DNA of 64,000 bases, taken from a virus. The position numbers were made by a program, and so were the translations under genes. Positions 57,498 through 64,000 of this stretch are shown in pieces; position 1 is the stretch's first letter, and each line of letters starts with the position of its first letter. The stretch lies in the UHGV virus genome UHGV-1351772; one strand, given 5' to 3'. The notes under the pieces were generated by a model. That model was not told the origin of the DNA. It made no database searches and saw only the letters and a program-made list of their open reading frames with translations.

Positions 57498-58397
57498 TTA
57501 TTTCCCACGATAAAATCCAGAAATGTAACTCGGCGCTATCCATCGCCATTCGCGCCAGCGCATTTCTGACATCTTACCACACCATACACGCTTCCAATGC
57601 GCACGACGGATATGTGCGGCGCAATAAATCGCCAAACAAACCTCGTGTCCTTCCTTGCGTTGCTGTTCTATATCTTCCCATTGTACCGGACTTACATCTA
57701 AAACGACTGCTTCACTACGTGGGCGAATCTCTGTATCGGGAACATAACGAATGGTCCTTCCGCGAAATTCTTTCTTCTCACGTTCAGTACGTTTAATTCG
57801 TGACGAAAGGTATAGTCCGATATAGACAGCGTCGAGTAGTCGTTGATTCTCCTTAACCGAAATAAGGAGCGGCTTTAGCTCGACGAAATCATCTTTACTT
57901 TTATCGATTTTGTAAATCTCAAACTCCATGTATACCGATTCTTCACGTTCTTCGCATGACATCACAAAGAGAACTTCTTCGCCTTCGTAAAGACGTCTTC
58001 CGATAAATAACGTGATTGGACTTTCGTCGAGATTTACAGTAACCGAGAAAGTAAATGAAGGGATGGTTTCTATCCAGAAGTACGGGATGTTTTTTAGTCT
58101 CTCAGTTTTTGCTAAGAGTGCCATCAGTTCTTCATCCGAGATGATTTCAACAGCAGCGTATTGCCATCCTAGTCCCAGGGACTGCTTAATCAGTCTGGGA
58201 ATCTGTTCGGTAACGCCATACTCTCGATAGGTCGGATCTTTAACTGGCATAAACGTTACGGGTATTTGACGTTTATGCTCGTTAATGAACCGAATAAAGC
58301 GGCACTGATCTAATCCGTGAATTGTTTGGTGTGCCTTTTCTATTTGTTCGCTCATGCGTCTTAGCGCTTTCCCGTAAAGTCTATTATTCGTTGTCAT
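57498..58397 (-). CDS. hypothetical protein sharing a C-terminal AAHIRRAHW module with the upstream gene; possible tyrosine-recombinase-like fold
   Basis: C-terminal CAAHIRRAHWKRVW...W...Y; start ATG 58397 with AGGAG RBS (ORF extends to 58553). Confidence 0.55.
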   Translation of the reverse strand: MTTNNRLYGKALRRMSEQIEKAHQTIHGLDQCRFIRFINEHKRQIPVTFMPVKDPTYREYGVTEQIPRLIKQSLGLGWQYAAVEIISDEELMALLAKTERLKNIPYFWIETIPSFTFSVTVNLDESPITLFIGRRLYEGEEVLFVMSCEEREESVYMEFEIYKIDKSKDDFVELKPLLISVKENQRLLDAVYIGLYLSSRIKRTEREKKEFRGRTIRYVPDTEIRPRSEAVVLDVSPVQWEDIEQQRKEGHEVCLAIYCAAHIRRAHWKRVWCGKMSEMRWREWRWIAPSYISGFYRGK

Positions 58398-58422
58398 TTT
58401 AATACTCCTAAACACTTTTAGC

Positions 58423-59349
58423 TTAATTGTGGGGTACGTAGCCACGGACAAATGTAGGTGGAATCCAACAAAGTTTTCTCTTTCTTTCACCATTTCTAGG
58501 GCCGACCCAATATCTGCGCCAGTGAGCGCGACGGATGTGGGCAGCCTTAGCATGTTTGATACCCTGCATGGTTTTCAAGTCAGTGTTAAACCCTTTTAGA
58601 TAATTCACTTGTCCTGGCGTGATATCTATCTTAACATCGCGTTCACGAGGTTTAACGTCGTAGCTAATACTACCGTTCTTTTTGATTTCTTTGAACTTAA
58701 TATCATTAAAAGACTCCCTGTAATTGGGCGGGATTAGCGTACACAGAAATATCATCGAAGTAGCGGCTTTGGCCAGAGATAACCATAGCATCTTTTCTTG
58801 TTCGTTCTCCACACCGTCGGCATAGTCGATTTCCACAAGCCCGTTTCCTGCGCTACGAAGCTCTAACGAACAAGTGGCAATTGTGGTAACGCCTTCTGTT
58901 AACCCGTAATCAGTATTTGTAGCAATTATAATAAACCTTCTCTTCCCGTTTTTTCGATAGCCGAGAAAGAAAGTCTCATCCTCTTTACCTACGTCGATTG
59001 CTACAGTCCAAGTAGGTATAAAGTCCAACCATTCTTCAGGGAATTTACTGGGCATCTCAGTCTCGAAAACAAGTTCTCTAAGTGCTTGGTTGGATATTAA
59101 GGAAGCACCACCGTATAGCCATCCAATTGCCAATGTTTGAGCGTGAAGGGAACGGGGATCTTTGAGACCTAACTCAGCGTCGTAAGGTATAAAGGCATTG
59201 GTTAAATGGTTACGATTCTTTTTTATCCATTTCGAGACAGGATTTTCCTTTATTCGGTTTTCTTCCATGACATTTTCAAGATGCTGAGACCCCATTTGTC
59301 TAAGGCAGTCTTTAATACCTTTTACTTTTTTACTTTTGTACAAATACAT
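58423..59349 (-). CDS. hypothetical protein with C-terminal AAHIRRAHW module; possible tyrosine-recombinase-like fold
   Basis: C-terminal KAAHIRRAHWRRYWVG...LCW...VRGY; AGGAG RBS 8 nt upstream of ATG. Confidence 0.6.
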   Translation of the reverse strand: MYLYKSKKVKGIKDCLRQMGSQHLENVMEENRIKENPVSKWIKKNRNHLTNAFIPYDAELGLKDPRSLHAQTLAIGWLYGGASLISNQALRELVFETEMPSKFPEEWLDFIPTWTVAIDVGKEDETFFLGYRKNGKRRFIIIATNTDYGLTEGVTTIATCSLELRSAGNGLVEIDYADGVENEQEKMLWLSLAKAATSMIFLCTLIPPNYRESFNDIKFKEIKKNGSISYDVKPRERDVKIDITPGQVNYLKGFNTDLKTMQGIKHAKAAHIRRAHWRRYWVGPRNGERKRKLCWIPPTFVRGYVPHN

Positions 59350-59408
59350 GGTTTATTCTCCTAAAATGGTTAAAAATAAAGTAACCCTAGCCGAAGCTAG
59401 GGTGTCTA

Positions 59409-59894
59409 TTAATCGATTTGGACGTAGTTCGGATAATTGGCTTTTAACCACTCCCACAACTGATATGCAAGTTGACTTTGATCGGCACTGATAAGAGCTA
59501 CTATTTCAAGATAAACGCTTTCATTACTCCAAATCTGGCTATAAAAGCGTCGCCATTCAGGAGCAGTGTAGGGTACTATTACGTCAGGCATGTACCCGTT
59601 GTGCCAGCCATTAACTATCGAACGTAGGGTTTCGATACGGATGTCGTAAAACCGACGTCTGATAGAAGTCCATGTAATAGGCCCTGGCTGATCGAAGAAA
59701 TTGTCCAGATTCATTAGTAATGTCGCACGATATCTCGCAACGATAACGCCAGCTGCCTGTGAAGCTATCCAAACAGCGTCCACTGTTTTTGGAGCTAACA
59801 AGTTACGTATCGACTGTTCCATGCGATCGCAGTGGTTCAGAAACTCATGGACAATGTCGCTATTAGAGAGATTGATAATTGCATTTACGTTCAT
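59409..59894 (-). CDS. hypothetical protein (161 aa)
   Basis: six-frame ORF. Confidence 0.5.
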   Translation of the reverse strand: MNVNAIINLSNSDIVHEFLNHCDRMEQSIRNLLAPKTVDAVWIASQAAGVIVARYRATLLMNLDNFFDQPGPITWTSIRRRFYDIRIETLRSIVNGWHNGYMPDVIVPYTAPEWRRFYSQIWSNESVYLEIVALISADQSQLAYQLWEWLKANYPNYVQID

Positions 59895-59895
59895 T

Positions 59896-60420
59896 TTATT
59901 GTCCTAAAATTGGGGAGAGTTTGTCTGCGGTGTTTAACAACGCTTTTGTAATTTCGTGGTTGGTCTCTTTTAGGATGGCGCAACAGAGAGTGGTATAAAC
60001 CTCGATTGCTAACGCGATTTCTTGTTCAGTCAGGCACGGTTCGGTACCGTCAATCCCGTAACGTTGCGCCGCATATTCAATTTCAAGTTTCAAACGTTTT
60101 CGTAGTGCCTCATCGTTAGTTAAACGCGTACACGCCCGATCGAAACGTCTATTGTAAGCCTCGATCTTGTGGACAATTTCGCGTCGCAGTTGGTCGACAT
60201 TTACGTTATCATCAAGAGTGATGGTGACGTTGTCAACTAAACAGTAATGTACTGTGTGTCGTAAGTTGTGTAATGTGGCGACAGTAACGACCCGCTCCTG
60301 ATGGTCGCTAAAGCCATGAGCACCACAGAGCTTGCGTGCAACCGCGCCAGAGATTTTCTCCTCTAACGCTATCGGCGTGGCAATGGTTGTTTTCTTACGA
60401 AGCTGAATTAAAATATCCAC
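59896..60420 (-). CDS. hypothetical protein (174 aa)
   Basis: six-frame ORF. Confidence 0.5.
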   Translation of the reverse strand: MDILIQLRKKTTIATPIALEEKISGAVARKLCGAHGFSDHQERVVTVATLHNLRHTVHYCLVDNVTITLDDNVNVDQLRREIVHKIEAYNRRFDRACTRLTNDEALRKRLKLEIEYAAQRYGIDGTEPCLTEQEIALAIEVYTTLCCAILKETNHEITKALLNTADKLSPILGQ

Positions 60421-60422
60421 GA

Positions 60423-60965
60423 TTATACTCCTTTAGGTTGACCGTATTTTGATGACAGGTAGATGAGCTCGGCATGGCAGATTTTCTCAACTAACCCGAG
60501 TGTTTCAAGGAAAATATCCCGGATACGGGACATTGTTTCGTTGGTAAGAATATCGCTCCAACACGTTGTGTCTATTATATCCGTCGTTGAAGATTGCCGC
60601 TGCAATATGGCGACATACACTTCGTCGAGGGTATCTGGAGCATTATTCTGTAAGTAATGCGCGGCATGTAGAAAGGCTTTCTCAAGAATCAGGTGAATAT
60701 CCGTATCGGGATCAGTTACCCGCACCAAATGTGGGTATGTCATGGCCGAATGGATTTTTCGCTCTAACTGTTCAATGAGATTATTCACCATCGCTTCTGA
60801 ATCCAGGATAGTAATTTCGACCCCACTGTGTTCTTCAGAAATCTTGTTCTCATGTACTGCTATCGCGTCGTGCAGTTCAAACGCAACGCGGCTACGCATC
60901 CCACTTAACAGTTTGTTTAATTTACCCCGTGACTCGCTGAGTGAGAAATCGATAAGTATTTTCAT
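60423..60965 (-). CDS. hypothetical protein (180 aa)
   Basis: six-frame ORF with TAAAGGAG RBS. Confidence 0.5.
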   Translation of the reverse strand: MKILIDFSLSESRGKLNKLLSGMRSRVAFELHDAIAVHENKISEEHSGVEITILDSEAMVNNLIEQLERKIHSAMTYPHLVRVTDPDTDIHLILEKAFLHAAHYLQNNAPDTLDEVYVAILQRQSSTTDIIDTTCWSDILTNETMSRIRDIFLETLGLVEKICHAELIYLSSKYGQPKGV

Positions 60966-61708
60966 TATGCATATTCCTGATAAATTGCCCGACCCCGATC
61001 TTCTCGAATCTGGCAGTAAGTTACAACAGCACCATTAGGGATTTGTGCTCCGCTGTCTTCAAGGTAAATAACGCCCGTAGCTTCACAGAGATAAAACGAC
61101 CACAATCGTGAGATACCAAGCCGTGCGTTCTCGTAGTCACTGAATGGCCAGAAACCACAGTGAAGCTCAACATAGTCTCCACGTTCTATCCCGTAAGCAA
61201 TCAATTCTTTTTCCCACAACGTACATTCGGCGTCGTAAATCGAAAACCAGAAACCAACGAGGTTCTTTGTTTGTTTAACGTTGAGCAAGTCGTTATAAAT
61301 GGGGAAGAGTGCTTTATTGAAACTTTCTAACATCTCTGGAGAGAATAGAAAATTCATGTAGTATTCTAGCCATTGATAAACGGCCTCCCAGACATCTTCA
61401 GAAGAGAAATGTTCGAATACAGCGTCATCGCAATCGTAGTTATCGAAGATCCCTGAGAGATCTATTTCGACTACGCCGCGAAGGTCAAAGTTTCGGTTGG
61501 TATTGACAGCCTCGATAACTTCGGAGATGAGACGAGTAAAGACGATTGTGCAAGCCGTCTGTGCGGTATAAAAGAATTCTCCTTGTACGGTTGACCACTT
61601 CGGGTCCTTCAAGTGTTCATTGAAGTATTGTGGCCAAATTTTATAAAAGATTCCCTCGAACAACGAGGGATTGATACGTTGTAATTGAGGGACATAAACT
61701 TTTAGCAT
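60965..61708 (-). CDS. hypothetical protein (247 aa)
   Basis: six-frame ORF. Confidence 0.55.
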   Translation of the reverse strand: MLKVYVPQLQRINPSLFEGIFYKIWPQYFNEHLKDPKWSTVQGEFFYTAQTACTIVFTRLISEVIEAVNTNRNFDLRGVVEIDLSGIFDNYDCDDAVFEHFSSEDVWEAVYQWLEYYMNFLFSPEMLESFNKALFPIYNDLLNVKQTKNLVGFWFSIYDAECTLWEKELIAYGIERGDYVELHCGFWPFSDYENARLGISRLWSFYLCEATGVIYLEDSGAQIPNGAVVTYCQIREDRGRAIYQEYA

Positions 61709-61744
61709 TTTAATAACTCCAATGGTGTTACACCTGGATAATAT

Positions 61745-62413
61745 CTATCTAAGAATATTTTTAGCGAAAAAAGGATCGACTGTAAACTCCCTCACCTGTG
61801 AGTCATAACCCGAATGTATCTGATCGCTACTGAGCAAATACCCGTCTAAATCGTGTGGAAGAATCCAAGAATCGCCTTGTTTAAAAATACCATAATCTGT
61901 TGTTCCAGAGGAAAAAACGATTTCCTCTGGAGACGAATAGATGTGGCGTAAGGCAAGATCTGACGGCTTTAACACGATTAATCGAACGGGATGTTGACTG
62001 ACTGCCTCTTTAATAAACTGTTCACGATTAAACCAAATTATTTTTTCGGGGTAAGTTTCGAATTCAGCCCATGTCCGCGTGATAACTAATTTGGAAATCT
62101 TTCTCAATTCTTCAGAATGCTCTGCGTAGCCGATACACTCCTTGCGCACTTCATGATTTTCTACCGATGCTGTGAATTTTTGGAATAGGTGTTGTTGGAA
62201 AAAGCCGTTCTCCGGGATATCACAACCCGCGTTGTATAGTGCAATGATCTCCCACAACAACGAAAGAGAAAACACAAATGCTAACTTTTCCACAACTTCC
62301 CAATCTTCGGAGTAAGGGGCTTTAAAGCCCCAATACTGCCGTGCGTTATACATAAAGTGAGTTTGTAAAAACCGAGGGGCTTTTGACAAGACCTCACTAT
62401 AAACGATCAGCAT
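61745..62413 (-). CDS. hypothetical protein (222 aa)
   Basis: six-frame ORF. Confidence 0.5.
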   Translation of the reverse strand: MLIVYSEVLSKAPRFLQTHFMYNARQYWGFKAPYSEDWEVVEKLAFVFSLSLLWEIIALYNAGCDIPENGFFQQHLFQKFTASVENHEVRKECIGYAEHSEELRKISKLVITRTWAEFETYPEKIIWFNREQFIKEAVSQHPVRLIVLKPSDLALRHIYSSPEEIVFSSGTTDYGIFKQGDSWILPHDLDGYLLSSDQIHSGYDSQVREFTVDPFFAKNILR

Positions 62414-63927
62414 TCAAGCTCCTTATCCGTCAATATTCGTTTGTTTGAATAATAGCCGCACCACAACCCATGATATTTTTCCCCAATATAAACCAACGCG
62501 TACTCGATATACTGCCGTTCTGGACGCCGTACCGCCACGTAGAATCGTCCTTCTGGTTCTTTCATACGGTTGATTTCCGTACGCGTCGGTATGTCGATAC
62601 CACGAGTAAGGATAGTTTTAACCTTGTTTTTACTACCAGGGATATGGATGGTTACGTCAAAACCTTTATCTACGTTACGATAAAAATCTTTCTTCGGCTT
62701 ACCTTTCTCATCGTAAAGCAGGTCAGTAATGTCGTTCATCACGACTGAGTTTTTCCCTTCCATGGCATCGCGTAACCAACCTGCAAGCTCATCACGAATC
62801 GTAATGCAGCGATAAGACAATAACGCGGGACGAAGAATTCGTGTAATCGAAAGATCTTCAAACATCCATAGGTTTTTGTCTTCGCTAAAATGCATCCGAT
62901 CGACAGGAATACCGTTACCTGCGGCTTCTGCGAACTTCTTACGTTTTACGAATAAGTTAAAAACAACGGCGATGGGATCAAACTGACGTAAACGGGGCAC
63001 CCCTTCCCACGCTTTCGCAGAGTGGGTATTTACCAACTCGTATACGTTGTTCCATGGTTCTTTGGTAAACATTACGCAGAATTGCGCGTCTGGAATGTAC
63101 TTACCAACGAAGACGATATCGTCCTTCTGTTTTGCATGGTTCCCACCGAACATGTAATAAAGTTTATTACCGTTAACTGTAACAGTGGGATGCGGTTCGT
63201 TCACCATCGGGTAACAGAACTTCGTAACACAGATATCGGGAAAAGCAGACAAATTGACGCCTTCACCAACAACTTCTGGTTGCTGATCTTCCTCAGGCAT
63301 CTCGTCTTTTGACCAATACGGTGTATAGTCTAGCCCATCGCCTCGTGCCGAGATACTTGAACCCTTCCGTGCTAACTCGTCGGCACGCTCGTTTCCATAA
63401 CGTCCTGAATGCCCTTTAATTTTAAGGACACGAACACCTTTCCCTTCTTTCTTTAACCGCTGTTTAACCTCCCACATCCGTTGGATTAATTCCAAGTTCG
63501 CAATGGGCGTACCGTCTGCGCGACGCCAACCGCGTGCAGCCCAACCATCAATCCAATCGTTATACGTGTTGACAACGTAAGATGCGTCGATATAGATAAC
63601 ATAGTTTTTAGCAACGAAAGGTGCATGTTCGAAAACGGTCAGGAAAGCCACGAGTTCTGCAACGTCGGAGTGTGACATTTTTGGTACAGGCACAACACCG
63701 TCAATAAACTCCACAGCTTCTGGTAAAGATGGAAGTTTTTCATCCTTGTTTATCTGGCGGTATCCTGACGTCGTAATCCCCTCGGGAATAGAGGGATGGC
63801 GGTAAACCCGACCATCCTCAATCGTTTCACGATTAAATAAGTATCCATGAATCCCCGCTCCTGTACCGAGCGGGGAGGTCAAATGGCTACCATCCGTGTA
63901 AATTACTGCAACATCAACGTTCTTCAT
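62407..63927 (-). CDS. RNase HI-like domain protein fused to an about 300-aa C-terminal domain of unknown function
   Basis: N-terminal half carries RNase H-type acidic residues in order (YTDGS ... AELVA ... YIDASY ... GHSG..NERADELA). Confidence 0.65.
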   Translation of the reverse strand: MKNVDVAVIYTDGSHLTSPLGTGAGIHGYLFNRETIEDGRVYRHPSIPEGITTSGYRQINKDEKLPSLPEAVEFIDGVVPVPKMSHSDVAELVAFLTVFEHAPFVAKNYVIYIDASYVVNTYNDWIDGWAARGWRRADGTPIANLELIQRMWEVKQRLKKEGKGVRVLKIKGHSGRYGNERADELARKGSSISARGDGLDYTPYWSKDEMPEEDQQPEVVGEGVNLSAFPDICVTKFCYPMVNEPHPTVTVNGNKLYYMFGGNHAKQKDDIVFVGKYIPDAQFCVMFTKEPWNNVYELVNTHSAKAWEGVPRLRQFDPIAVVFNLFVKRKKFAEAAGNGIPVDRMHFSEDKNLWMFEDLSITRILRPALLSYRCITIRDELAGWLRDAMEGKNSVVMNDITDLLYDEKGKPKKDFYRNVDKGFDVTIHIPGSKNKVKTILTRGIDIPTRTEINRMKEPEGRFYVAVRRPERQYIEYALVYIGEKYHGLWCGYYSNKRILTDKELEC

Positions 63928-63929
63928 TC

Positions 63930-64000
63930 TTAATCCCTGGTTAATTGATCACGAATCTGCGGCGCAACATACTCGCCCGTTTTCAGTTCTTCGTGACAGG
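63930..64000 (-). CDS. partial CDS (3' end only; gene starts beyond the window end)
   Basis: open minus-strand frame from the window edge to TAA at 63932..63930, 2 nt before the RNase H-like start. Confidence 0.35.
   Translation of the reverse strand, partial: CHEELKTGEYVAPQIRDQLTRD

Overview
The window reads as a densely packed double-stranded DNA phage genome segment (about 49% GC by eye), organised in alternating strand blocks with convergent gene ends marked by GC-rich hairpin terminators. Family-level calls I can support from the translations: a T4-type large terminase (RQHGKT Walker A, GHDDLV nuclease motif), a thymidylate synthase homolog with two in-frame insertions, a MazG-like NTP pyrophosphohydrolase fusion, an HD-domain phosphohydrolase, a HAD-type nucleotidase, an HslV/proteasome-like Ntn hydrolase, an RNase HI domain fused to an unknown C-terminal domain, a multisubunit-RNAP beta-prime N-terminal-like protein (DYDGD motif) next to a 1388-aa partner, and a 2358-aa protein with a C-terminal lytic transglycosylase domain and transmembrane block. 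There is one tRNA-Trp(CCA). The RNAP fragment, giant SLT protein and a codon-optimised 685-aa plus 291-aa pair resemble jumbo-phage (phiKZ-like) architecture, but that placement is inference only. Most other ORFs are hypothetical, and start codons are approximate (the ORF track includes GTG/TTG starts). The two most unusual signals are (1) a 1.7 kb non-coding region (4627-6361) holding a 96-nt pure A/T tract, an 18-bp perfect palindrome, hairpins, short direct repeats and about 14 GATC sites in 540 bp, which I read as a candidate replication origin or packaging/regulatory locus; and (2) two adjacent genes (57498-59349) with unrelated N-terminal regions but a shared C-terminal AAHIRRAHW...W...Y module whose spacing matches the HxxR-W-Y catalytic pattern of tyrosine recombinases. 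No CRISPR array or transposon was seen. Nothing here was searched against a database.
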